Notes under the pieces: model-generated | Databases searched by the model: none | The model's input: only the letters and a program-made list of their open reading frames with translations | What the model was told of the DNA's origin: nothing | Made by a program: the position numbers and the translations under genes | From: a bacterium | GTDB taxonomy: Bacteria; Bacteroidota; Bacteroidia; Bacteroidales; Bacteroidaceae | NCBI GenBank assembly: GCA_963595925.1 | Contig: CAVBJM010000005.1 | Span: forward strand, 22,060 to 86,059 | Direction of reading: 5' to 3' | Length of the DNA: 64,000 nt | In this document: positions 1-9,188 of the stretch, one piece after another | Position numbering within the stretch: position 1 is the first letter of the stretch | How the letters are laid out: each line of letters opens with the position of its first letter

Positions 1-68
1 GTGCGGTTTTTCTATTTTAGTTAAAGAATATACAACTAAATGTCTGTTTTTGACAAAAGGAATAAAGA

Positions 69-106
69 AAAAAACGAAAAATCAGACAAAAAACGAAGAA
101 TCTGAC
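69..106 (+). promoter_or_regulatory. 19-bp tandem direct repeat upstream of the lipoprotein operon (candidate regulator site)
   Basis: aaaaaacgaaaaatcagac (69-87) followed directly by aaaaaacgaagaatctgac (88-106), 17/19 identical, about 80 bp before the ATG at 187. Confidence 0.35.
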
Positions 107-186
107 CTTGTTTGGTTCTCCAAATTGCAGGAACTTTGCAGCGAAATTTAAATATAGAGATATTAAATCATTTTTTAAGGAAGAAA

Positions 187-978
187 ATGAAATTGTTTTT
201 AGTTAGTTGCATGATAGGTGTAGCCGTAGGCTTTACCTCATGCTCTTCGGATGAAGCGAAAGGCAACATCCCCGAAGGAAAAGGCACCGTAAGTCTGGGT
301 ATGACAACCGGTGTTGATTTTGGGTCTCCCAATTCCCGTGCCGTAAACATGAGCGACTACCAGAACGCAGACAACTACACGGTACAGATTCTGAAAAGCG
401 ACGGAACAACCACTGTCCAGGAGTTTACTTACGCCAACAAGCCGTCTACCCTGACGTTGGACAACGGAACCTATGTCATGAAAGCCTTTTACGGAGAAGA
501 AAAGACCTCCTCGCGAGACATTTTCCGAGTAGAAGGTTCTACCACTTTTACGGTACAGAGCGACGAGCAGACTGTAGCTGTAACCTGCGCTCCTACCTGC
601 GCGAAAGCTACCGTAGTTTTCGATGAAAGCATGGCTACGTATTTCAGCGACTATTCCGTAGCGTTCGAAACAGCAGCATTGTCCGATATTGGAGCCTCTG
701 TCGTTTGGAAGAAAGACGATACCGAACCTTGGTTTCTGAAAGTTGACAAGAACGGCGAATCGGTAAAAGCTACCATCACGTTCACCCGACGTGCCGAATA
801 CGGTACAGGCGTAGCTTCTGCCAGCGTAGAGAAGAGTTACACCTTATCGCCCAACAAGGCATGGACACTGAAGATTGCCCCGAGCTACGACTCTGGCAAG
901 TTAGGCATCTCCGTTACCATCGATGAGAGCACCAACGACAAGAATGTAGATATTATTGTTCCGTCGGAATGGATTTAA
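187..978 (+). CDS. DUF4493-like lipoprotein (pilin-like leader)
   Basis: ATG 187 gives signal peptide II (VGFTSC); GTVSL strand then NSR|A; GxYxxxAxYG and VTC motifs shared with downstream paralogues. Confidence 0.75.
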   Translation: MKLFLVSCMIGVAVGFTSCSSDEAKGNIPEGKGTVSLGMTTGVDFGSPNSRAVNMSDYQNADNYTVQILKSDGTTTVQEFTYANKPSTLTLDNGTYVMKAFYGEEKTSSRDIFRVEGSTTFTVQSDEQTVAVTCAPTCAKATVVFDESMATYFSDYSVAFETAALSDIGASVVWKKDDTEPWFLKVDKNGESVKATITFTRRAEYGTGVASASVEKSYTLSPNKAWTLKIAPSYDSGKLGISVTIDESTNDKNVDIIVPSEWI

Positions 979-1013
979 TGACAACAAACAGAAACTTAAG
1001 AAGAAAGATAATC

Positions 1014-2684
1014 ATGAGACTATTAAATGTTATAGCATTCAATACGATTGCCGTTTTGGGACTGGCTTCTTGCGGAATGGAAGACATCCAGAAAACCAGC
1101 GAAGAAACGGGAGCGCTGGAAGTAGCCATTACTGCGAAGCAACCGGCTTCTGAATCCACTTCCCGCGCCAGCATTAGTACCTCCGATTTCCCCGTTTCGA
1201 TTGTCGGGAAAGAGGGTACCTCTGTAGCCGGCATCACCAAGGAGTACGCTACGGCTTCTGAGGTTCCGGCTGAAGTGCCGTTGGCAGTAGGTGCCTACAC
1301 CGTATCTGCGCACAGCTCTGGCGAAATGTCCAAGAAAATGACGACTCCCTATTATGCGGGAAGCACCAATTTTGTAGTAACATCGGGTATAACTACACAA
1401 GCAACGGTTACCTGTAAGATGCAGAACAGCCGCATCCAGATGAACTACAGCGCCGAGTTCCTGACTACGTTCACCCAGTGGACGATAACCGTCGATGACG
1501 GTTCGGGAACAGTTCTCTCGTACGACAATACCGACACGAATCCCGCTGCCATTTACTGGGCGTTCGGCGAAAAAGTATCATCGGTAACCGTCAATTTCAG
1601 AGGCAAGACGGCCAAGGGTACTATCAGCGACAGCCGTACCTATACCAAATCACAAGCTGCGGAGAAATACGATGATGACTCGGAATATTTCAGCGGTGGC
1701 GAAGCGTTGATTTTCAACATGAAGCCGGCGATTTCTACTACGGGCGACGTAACGGGTATTGATGTGAAGCTGAACATTGTATTCGAAGACCATACCGACG
1801 AGGTGGAAATCCCCGTAAACTGGGACAAGCCGATTACCATTACAGAAGCTAACGGAACAAGCTATCTATCGAACGGCATTCAAATGTCGACCAGCGGAGC
1901 TGCACCTGCCAACGCCGCTTTGGCAATGAAAGTACCTGCCGGCATCCAAAACCTGTATCTGCAGATTTCTTCCAGCAATTCGACCTTCGCCAGCGCAGCA
2001 AGCGCAATGGGTGCATCCGATGGCGACGGACTCGACCTGACATCGTCCAGCGCAAGTACCGCAGCGGGTTCTTACCTGACCCTGCCTACCGCAGGTGCCA
2101 CGGACTATACGATGACTTTTACTGGACTTCTGAATCTGGCTAAGACCTATACGGGTACACACAAGTTCAACATTAAGGTAGTAGATGCCAAAGGCAACAA
2201 GGGCACAGCGACGCTGACGGTAACAGTAACCGATGGCGATGTAGTAACCGACGGACCTACGCTGTCGCTCCCGGCAGACGTCACATACGGATCAGCAGGA
2301 ACAGGAATGCCGTCAAGCGCAGACGCTCTCATCGGAGCATCGACAGGTATAAAGAGCATTGTAGTAAAGATAAAAGCCGGAAATGCTGGCTTCATTGCTG
2401 CGGTAAAAGACCTGACGATGGACGGACAAAACTTCACAGATGGCTGTGACATTGTGGACAACTCAGATTTCGACGGTCTACTGAAAACTACCGTAAGCGA
2501 AAGTACCTCCGCTCCTCACAATGGCGATACGGAATATACATTCCCCATAGGCGTATTTTTCCAATTCCTGAATTTATACGGCGCTACAGATACAGGAACT
2601 CCCCATGAATTCAGCATTGTAGTAACCGACCAAAACGGAAAAACCGCTGAAGGCGTATTTAAGGTAACAATCACACAAGAATAA
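1014..2684 (+). CDS. DUF4493-like lipoprotein with duplicated C-terminal beta-rich module
   Basis: Lipobox LGLASC; TSR|A; PYYAGS and VTC motifs; two similar modules ending HKFNIKVVD..LTVTV and HEFSIVVTD..FKVTI. Start chosen at ATG 1014. Confidence 0.75.
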   Translation: MRLLNVIAFNTIAVLGLASCGMEDIQKTSEETGALEVAITAKQPASESTSRASISTSDFPVSIVGKEGTSVAGITKEYATASEVPAEVPLAVGAYTVSAHSSGEMSKKMTTPYYAGSTNFVVTSGITTQATVTCKMQNSRIQMNYSAEFLTTFTQWTITVDDGSGTVLSYDNTDTNPAAIYWAFGEKVSSVTVNFRGKTAKGTISDSRTYTKSQAAEKYDDDSEYFSGGEALIFNMKPAISTTGDVTGIDVKLNIVFEDHTDEVEIPVNWDKPITITEANGTSYLSNGIQMSTSGAAPANAALAMKVPAGIQNLYLQISSSNSTFASAASAMGASDGDGLDLTSSSASTAAGSYLTLPTAGATDYTMTFTGLLNLAKTYTGTHKFNIKVVDAKGNKGTATLTVTVTDGDVVTDGPTLSLPADVTYGSAGTGMPSSADALIGASTGIKSIVVKIKAGNAGFIAAVKDLTMDGQNFTDGCDIVDNSDFDGLLKTTVSESTSAPHNGDTEYTFPIGVFFQFLNLYGATDTGTPHEFSIVVTDQNGKTAEGVFKVTITQE

Positions 2685-2690
2685 AGAAAC

Positions 2691-4496
2691 ATGAAATATA
2701 TCTATTCAATCGTATCAGCCTTGCTACTCTCTTTCGTTCTCTGGTCTTGCCAGAACGAAGAGGCGGTAAGCAACAAAGGTTATTTGCGCATCGACGTGGG
2801 TACCGTGGTGTCTGCAAACACCCAAAGCTCGAGAGTGTCCGCAAGCTACAACCCCAAACAAATAGCACTGGAAATATTAGACAGTTCGGGTAAAGTATTG
2901 ACCAGTGTAGACGACTGGACCAATTTGAGCGGCACACAATTGGAACTGGAGGCCGGAACTTATACCATCAACGCTTCTTCCAACGGATTCGACGGTTCGG
3001 AATCGGGCTTCGACATTCCTTATTACGCCGGTTCTACCCAAGTAACCGTTGTAAAAGGCAAGGAAGTAACGGCTAACGTTACCTGCACATTGGCCAACGT
3101 AAAGGTCACCGTAAACTTCGACGAATCGTTCGCCAAGGTTTTCCAGACTGCAGCGTCTTCCGTTGCGTCTAAAGTTTCGGGCGTAAATCCCTTGAGCTTC
3201 GTGATGGGAACCACCAGCAAGTCGGCCTACTTCCCGGTAGGCGACTTGGCAGCCACGATTGCTGTGACCAACAAGGCCGGCAACCAATTCTCGCAGACGA
3301 ACGACATCACCGGCGTAAAAGCCCGCGACCACTATATCTTGAATTACAAGGTAGCGTCTTCCGGAAACGGAAGTATCAATATCAAGGTAGACGATTCGGA
3401 AAAGACCTATACGTACACGTTCGAAGTACCGACCAAGGCGTCTACCCGCCTGCTAGCGAAAGCGGCCAATGCTTGGAGTTCGTTCGCTTATTTGGAAGGC
3501 GAAATCGCCTCGTCGGCATCTACGCTGGATGCCTCGAAGATGACTTTCGAATATCAGGTTAGTGGAGCTACCACTTGGACTACACTGGCTGCTACCAAAG
3601 ACGGCGATTCGTTCAAGGCTACCCTGAATGGTCTGACCCCGAACACCACCTACGCTTACCGCATGAAGTACAGCAGCGACTCGGAAGAATACACCAGCGA
3701 TGCAGTATCGTTCACCACGGAAACCCAGACTGCATTGGTCAACGGGAACCTGGACGACTGGTATCAGTCCGGCAAGACATGGTATGCCGCATCCGAAAGT
3801 TACTTCAACGCAAATGGCGGTTCGTTCTGGGATTCAAGTAACCCGGGTACCACTACGGGAGCCGGTGCACTGGTCAATGCGAATCCGACACAGGGAGACA
3901 CAAAAACCGTACACACAGCGGGGGGTAAATCAGCGAAAATGCAGTCGCAATTCGCATCCGCTTATGGTATCGGAAAATTCGCTGCTGCCAGTCTGTATGT
4001 AGGTAAATTCAACAGCTTGGTAGGAGCCAATGGCGCCAAGATTGACTTCGGTCAGCCGTTTACCGCCCGTCCGACCCAGTTGCACGGATGGTTCCAGTAC
4101 GCTCCCGGAATCATTGACTATGTAGGCAAGAACACACCAGCCAGCGCCGGTATCACCAAAGGCAGTACCCCAGACATCTGCTCCATCTACATCGCCCTGA
4201 CCACCAAGGCATACCAAATAGACAACACCGACACCAGCACGTTTATCGATTTCGACAACGACCCAGGCATCGTAGCCTACGGCGAACTGCCGGCTTCGGC
4301 ATGCGTTGATACCGACGGCCAGTGGAAGGAGTTCAACATCGACCTGAAATATCACAGCTTGAGCACGAAGCCTACGCACATCATCATCGTATGCTCGGCC
4401 AGCAAATACGGCGACTACTTTACGGGTAGCTCTACCAGCTTGATGTATCTCGACGATTTGGAATTGGTTTATGGAGACACTCCCGCAACGAAATAA
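2691..4496 (+). CDS. DUF4493-like + Fn3-like + PCMD-like (putative carbohydrate-binding) lipoprotein
   Basis: Lipobox VLWSC; SSR|V; Fn3-like LNGLTPNTTYAYR; C-terminal NGNLDDW..WDSSN..FGQPFTARPT..SASKYGDYFTG..LYLDDLEL-type motifs. Confidence 0.8.
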   Translation: MKYIYSIVSALLLSFVLWSCQNEEAVSNKGYLRIDVGTVVSANTQSSRVSASYNPKQIALEILDSSGKVLTSVDDWTNLSGTQLELEAGTYTINASSNGFDGSESGFDIPYYAGSTQVTVVKGKEVTANVTCTLANVKVTVNFDESFAKVFQTAASSVASKVSGVNPLSFVMGTTSKSAYFPVGDLAATIAVTNKAGNQFSQTNDITGVKARDHYILNYKVASSGNGSINIKVDDSEKTYTYTFEVPTKASTRLLAKAANAWSSFAYLEGEIASSASTLDASKMTFEYQVSGATTWTTLAATKDGDSFKATLNGLTPNTTYAYRMKYSSDSEEYTSDAVSFTTETQTALVNGNLDDWYQSGKTWYAASESYFNANGGSFWDSSNPGTTTGAGALVNANPTQGDTKTVHTAGGKSAKMQSQFASAYGIGKFAAASLYVGKFNSLVGANGAKIDFGQPFTARPTQLHGWFQYAPGIIDYVGKNTPASAGITKGSTPDICSIYIALTTKAYQIDNTDTSTFIDFDNDPGIVAYGELPASACVDTDGQWKEFNIDLKYHSLSTKPTHIIIVCSASKYGDYFTGSSTSLMYLDDLELVYGDTPATK

Positions 4497-4522
4497 AATC
4501 TTACCCCAGTAATAACCTTCAA

Positions 4523-4556
4523 AACCGGAGAGGCACAGGTAAAGCCCTCTCCGGTT
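4523..4556 (+). terminator. Intra-operon stem-loop (terminator or mRNA-stabilising hairpin)
   Basis: aaccggagagg ... cctctccggtt inverted repeat followed by an AT-rich tract. Confidence 0.5.
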
Positions 4557-4571
4557 ACACTTATTTTATAT

Positions 4572-5312
4572 ATGAAAGTAAAGAAAACGTTAGTTTTGCT
4601 GCTGTTCGCCATGATTGTTCCATCCATCAGAGCGGAAAGACCCAAGCGTATAGACAGGGAAATACAGAATGCCATGTTTATTCCCAAAGGACAACTCATG
4701 TTCGGTGGTACGGTATCTTACTCGAAGCACGACGAAAGCAATATGAACCTCTTGGTACTGAAAGACGTGGAAGGTTTGGGATATACGTTTAAAGTAAGCC
4801 CGTACATGGGCTATTTCATCAAAGACAACGTAGCCGTAGGAGCACGCTTCACCTATAACCGCACGTACCTGAATATCGGCAATCTGGATTTGAATTTGGG
4901 TGAAGACTTCAACATCAACTTGAGCAACCTATACTATTTGCAGCACAAGTACGAGGTGTCCGGCTTTATCCGTACGTACATGCCCATAGGAAAGAGCAAA
5001 ATCTTCGGGCTTTTCAACGAAACACGGTTGACGTACGGATACAGCACGGGGAAGAACTCCACCGGAACGGGAACGGAATACGACGGAACTTTCGAGAAGT
5101 CGCACAACCTGCAGTTAGGTATCGCGCCGGGCATGACGGCTTTCGTGACCGACTGGGCCAGTGTGGAAGTTTCGGTAGGCGTGATGGGCTTTAACTTCAA
5201 GTGGCAAGACCAAAATACGAATCAGGTGGAAACCGGATCGAGAAAAGTCATGTCCGGAAACTTCAAGTTCGACTTGTTTTCCATCAATATCGGTATGACG
5301 TTCTATTTGTAA
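4572..5312 (+). CDS. Outer-membrane beta-barrel protein
   Basis: Signal peptide I, alternating amphipathic strands, C-terminal INIGMTFYL beta-signal. Confidence 0.75.
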   Translation: MKVKKTLVLLLFAMIVPSIRAERPKRIDREIQNAMFIPKGQLMFGGTVSYSKHDESNMNLLVLKDVEGLGYTFKVSPYMGYFIKDNVAVGARFTYNRTYLNIGNLDLNLGEDFNINLSNLYYLQHKYEVSGFIRTYMPIGKSKIFGLFNETRLTYGYSTGKNSTGTGTEYDGTFEKSHNLQLGIAPGMTAFVTDWASVEVSVGVMGFNFKWQDQNTNQVETGSRKVMSGNFKFDLFSINIGMTFYL

Positions 5313-5321
5313 TTTTAATGT

Positions 5322-6974
5322 ATGATGAAGAAACTTATATATCTGCTTTTCTGCCTGCTGGCAGTTACGGCATGCAAGATAGAGAATGACATTCCTTACC
5401 CTACGGTGGTGGGAAACATCCTGTCCATCGAAGTGGAAGGCCAGCGGGGCGCCGATGGCAGCAGCAGTACGCAGGCGGTGATAGACAAATCGAACCGTAC
5501 CGTACAACTGTATGTAGACGACTCGGTAGACCTGTCGAAACTGCGCATCACCAAGCTGACCATCAGCGACGAGGCTACCTTGGTGCCGAACGCGGAAAAG
5601 TGCATGGATGCGTCGAAGTTCCCGACAAGCGGATTCGAATCGCTGGCTACCCTATCCAGCTCCGCCAATACGCAGGTGGACTTTTCGAAGCCGGTGACGT
5701 TTACACTGAAAACGTATCAAGAATACGTATGGACCGTCAGCGTTACACAGGTTATCACCCGAAACGTTACACTGGCGAACCAAATAGGCAAGGCAGTGAT
5801 AGACGAGACCAACCGAAACGTGGTGGTCTACGTATCCAAAGACCAGCCGCTGAATGCCATCAAGGTATCCGCTTTCCAACTGGGAGGCGAGCACGGTCGT
5901 GTAGTGCCTGACCCCACGAATTATGACGCTTACGACTTCAGCGAACCGGCCAAGTTCTTCGTATCGTACGCATGGGAAGAATACAGCCGCGAATGGACCG
6001 TTTACGTGTATCATTCGAACAACCAAACCGTCGGCTCGGCCGATGTCTTTCCCCGAACCACCACGGCTACGCTGAACGGTGAAGTGCAGTCCGGGAAAAC
6101 GCCGGTAGTGGAATACAAGAAGCAATCGGACAGCACATGGTCTACCTTGGGGGATTCGGCCGTCAATGTCAGCGGAACGAGCTATACGGCTTCGCTCACC
6201 AGGCTTTCGCCGGCCACAGCCTATCAGTACCGCGTCAGCGTAGACGGCACAGCCGGCAGTGAACAGTCGTTTACCACGGCTGCTGCCACGCCCTTGACCA
6301 ACGGCAGTTTCGACGACTGGTATCAGGACGGCAAGCTGTGGAATCCCTGGGCTTCAGGAAGCACGGCGTTTTGGGATACGGGAAACCGCGGAGCTACCAC
6401 CATTAGTGACAGCAATTCTGTCCCCACCACCGATACCAGCAACGGCACAGGCAAAGCCGCCTATTTAGAGTCGAAATATCTAGTGGTGAAGTTTGCGGCA
6501 GGAAACATCTTTACGGGCGACTACGTGAAGACGGACGGCACAAACGGTGTCCTGAATTTCGGACGTCCGTTTACCGCGTTCCCTACGAAACTCCGCATCC
6601 ATTACAAATACAATTCGGCCACAATAGACAAAGTAGGCGACAATGACTACCAATACCTGAAGGGACGGGCAGACTCTTGCCACATCTACATTGCGCTGAC
6701 CGACTGGGACCAACAACTGGAAATCCGCACCCGCCCCTCCGAACGGCAACTGTTCGACAAGAACGACTCGCACGTCATTGCATACGCCGAACTGGTACAG
6801 GGCACTTCCGACGCAGCTTACCGACAGCTGGACTTGACACTGAACTATCGTTACACCAACCGCACGCCCAAGTACATCTTAGTGGTGGCTTCGGCCAGCA
6901 AATACGGTGACTTCTTTACCGGCGGAACAGGCAGCAAACTCTGGGCGGACGACTTTGAACTGATTTATGAATAA
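5322..6974 (+). CDS. PCMD-like lipoprotein with N-terminal Ig-like repeats and Fn3-like domain
   Basis: Lipobox AVTAC; repeats IDKSNRTVQLYV / IDETNRNVVVYV; LSPATAYQYRV; NGSFDDW..WDTGN..FGRPFTAFPT..SASKYGDFFTG..LWADDFEL. Confidence 0.8.
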   Translation: MMKKLIYLLFCLLAVTACKIENDIPYPTVVGNILSIEVEGQRGADGSSSTQAVIDKSNRTVQLYVDDSVDLSKLRITKLTISDEATLVPNAEKCMDASKFPTSGFESLATLSSSANTQVDFSKPVTFTLKTYQEYVWTVSVTQVITRNVTLANQIGKAVIDETNRNVVVYVSKDQPLNAIKVSAFQLGGEHGRVVPDPTNYDAYDFSEPAKFFVSYAWEEYSREWTVYVYHSNNQTVGSADVFPRTTTATLNGEVQSGKTPVVEYKKQSDSTWSTLGDSAVNVSGTSYTASLTRLSPATAYQYRVSVDGTAGSEQSFTTAAATPLTNGSFDDWYQDGKLWNPWASGSTAFWDTGNRGATTISDSNSVPTTDTSNGTGKAAYLESKYLVVKFAAGNIFTGDYVKTDGTNGVLNFGRPFTAFPTKLRIHYKYNSATIDKVGDNDYQYLKGRADSCHIYIALTDWDQQLEIRTRPSERQLFDKNDSHVIAYAELVQGTSDAAYRQLDLTLNYRYTNRTPKYILVVASASKYGDFFTGGTGSKLWADDFELIYE

Positions 6975-9180
6975 GAAGAAAGAAAGATACGGTATGATAT
7001 TTAGTCTTACAAGAAACCTGAAGGCAACGGCAGTAGGTTGGATAGCATGCTTCTTACTGTGCCTTTCCTCCTGCAACAGCGACGAAGTAGCGACTCGCGG
7101 CAGAGGCTTCCGCGTCTCACTGTCCGACGAGGTATCGGTCACGTCACGAAGCACTCCGGCGGAACTGGGGAAACCCATCGCCGACAACTTCCACTTGCTG
7201 ATTACCCGACAGGACAAAGATTTGACGCTATACGACGGGGCTTATACCAATAACCTGATAGAAGCTCCCGTAGGAAGTTATCGACTGAAAGCCTCTTTCG
7301 GAACCGATGCCTTATTGGGCGTAGACAGCCCCTACTACGAAGGCACGGTCGACACGGAGCTTTCCGCTGACGAAGAACATACAGTGACGATACCCTGTAG
7401 CGTAGTCAACTCTTTGATTTCGGCCAAGTACACCAACCCGGACAAGTTTCAGGATATGTACAGTGACTACGGCATCAAGGTAGAGGTGAACGACCAATAC
7501 GTACGCTTGTCCGGTACTGAAGCGAAAAGCGCGTATTTCCGTGCCGGCTCGCAGGTGAAAGTGTCTTTCTACGCTACGCTGAAAGACGATGGACGGGAGG
7601 TGTCCACCACGCTAGAGTCGGCCGACTTCCCCACGACCATTCAGGCAGCCGACCACATCATCCTTTCGCTGACCGCACAAGCGGTCACTTCGGGAACTAT
7701 CCTGACGGTAGACAAGGTAGAGGTAAAGAAAGAGACCGTTACCGAAACGGTGCCGCTGGAATGGCTACCCAAACCGAAAGTTTCCGGATTTGAAGGCGGG
7801 GCTACCTCGCTGACCTATACCGAAACGGAGGATATTTCATCGGCCGCCATCCATTATACGGCTTCCCAACCGATGCAGGACGTAGAGTTCACACTCGACT
7901 TTCAGGATGCCCAATACACCTCACTGAACAAGACTTACACCCTGTCTACCCTGAGCGACGAAGACCGCACGGCCTTGACCGATGTCGGCATCGTGGTGCC
8001 AGTACTGGACAGTACGTCTACCGAAGGCAAGCTGGACTTGACCGCTCTGGCCGCTACCCTGCAGACCAATGCCGGTGCAGAGGTGGTGAATCACGTCACC
8101 CTGCGCGTCAAGGCGAACAACCGATGGAGTAGTGAAAGCGGACAAGAATACACCATTCGCACCATAAGACCGGAGTTTACGGTGAGCGTACGCGACGTGA
8201 ACTGCTGGAGCAAGGAGTTTACGGCCGAAGAAATCAGCGTAACGAGCGGCAATGCGGAAAAGATAAAAGAAAATCTGGCCTACCAGTACAGCTCCGACGG
8301 TGGAAGCACATGGCAAACATGTAGCAACAACCGCCAGCAGGTTTTCAGCTCCATTCCTTCCAATAAGAGCTACAAGGTAAGAGCGTGCTACCGAAACTGC
8401 ATCTACTCCAACACAGCGGATGCCACTCTAGAAACGCCAACCCAACTGCCGAACTCGGATATGGAAAGTTGGTATATTGAAAAGAAAACGAAATCAGGAA
8501 CCTGGCCTTTTAAAGACAAGACATATTACACATTCCACCCTTATGCCAATGGTACAGCCAGCAGTTCTTGGTGGGATACGAACAATGATTTAGCACAAGG
8601 TGGAACTTATGCCCTTGGTATATGGTATGAGGGATGTTTCGCATCATGCGTAAGTTATACAGAAGATGCGCATGGAGGAAGTAAAGCAGCATTAATGTAT
8701 CTATCTGGATGTGGTAGCGGTTATGCTAACACGTCGGGTACTTATGTGGGAGGAGCAATGGTAGGAAGTCTATTCATTGGCTCGTACAATTCAGGAATTG
8801 TACAAGGACATACCTTTGCGTCACGTCCAACCTCGTTGTCTTTCTGGTATAAATACAAACCATATAACTCTGATGCTTTCAAAGTAGTGGTTTCCTTAAA
8901 AAATGGTAATGAAGAGATTGCTACCGGTACTTACGAACCGGCAGCATCTTCTCAAGAAGATAACTCATACGGACAAGCTGTGGTCAATTTTACATATAGT
9001 ACAACAGAAAAGAAAGCAACGACTATATGTGTCCAATTTTTGGCATCAAATAAAACCTCTCTTTCTGAAAGTGACTTTGAAAAAGGAACAACAATCAATT
9101 ATCCTACCATCGGAAATTGGACCGTTCACATGGGTAGTGTATTAAAGATAGACGACCTCTCACTGAACTACACCAAATAA
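6967..9180 (+). CDS. DUF4493-like lipoprotein with divergent C-terminal PCMD-like domain
   Basis: Lipobox CLSSC; TSR|S; SPYYEG; C-terminal LPNSDMESW..WWDTNN..FASRPTSLSFWYKY..LKIDDL; alternative start 6994. Confidence 0.75.
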   Translation: MNKKKERYGMIFSLTRNLKATAVGWIACFLLCLSSCNSDEVATRGRGFRVSLSDEVSVTSRSTPAELGKPIADNFHLLITRQDKDLTLYDGAYTNNLIEAPVGSYRLKASFGTDALLGVDSPYYEGTVDTELSADEEHTVTIPCSVVNSLISAKYTNPDKFQDMYSDYGIKVEVNDQYVRLSGTEAKSAYFRAGSQVKVSFYATLKDDGREVSTTLESADFPTTIQAADHIILSLTAQAVTSGTILTVDKVEVKKETVTETVPLEWLPKPKVSGFEGGATSLTYTETEDISSAAIHYTASQPMQDVEFTLDFQDAQYTSLNKTYTLSTLSDEDRTALTDVGIVVPVLDSTSTEGKLDLTALAATLQTNAGAEVVNHVTLRVKANNRWSSESGQEYTIRTIRPEFTVSVRDVNCWSKEFTAEEISVTSGNAEKIKENLAYQYSSDGGSTWQTCSNNRQQVFSSIPSNKSYKVRACYRNCIYSNTADATLETPTQLPNSDMESWYIEKKTKSGTWPFKDKTYYTFHPYANGTASSSWWDTNNDLAQGGTYALGIWYEGCFASCVSYTEDAHGGSKAALMYLSGCGSGYANTSGTYVGGAMVGSLFIGSYNSGIVQGHTFASRPTSLSFWYKYKPYNSDAFKVVVSLKNGNEEIATGTYEPAASSQEDNSYGQAVVNFTYSTTEKKATTICVQFLASNKTSLSESDFEKGTTINYPTIGNWTVHMGSVLKIDDLSLNYTK

Positions 9181-9188
9181 AGATAGAT

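Noticed and set aside
112..186. Longest-ORF N-terminal extensions (112, 969, 12587, 28298, 33607, 39864, 43601, 45604, 46726, 53198, 63956)
   Set aside because: Downstream ATGs restore signal peptides or family N-termini and avoid overlaps with genes, promoters and terminators
1..186. Invertible (phase-variable) promoter for the lipoprotein operon
   Set aside because: No convincing flanking inverted repeats or recombinase visible; the window edge limits the view
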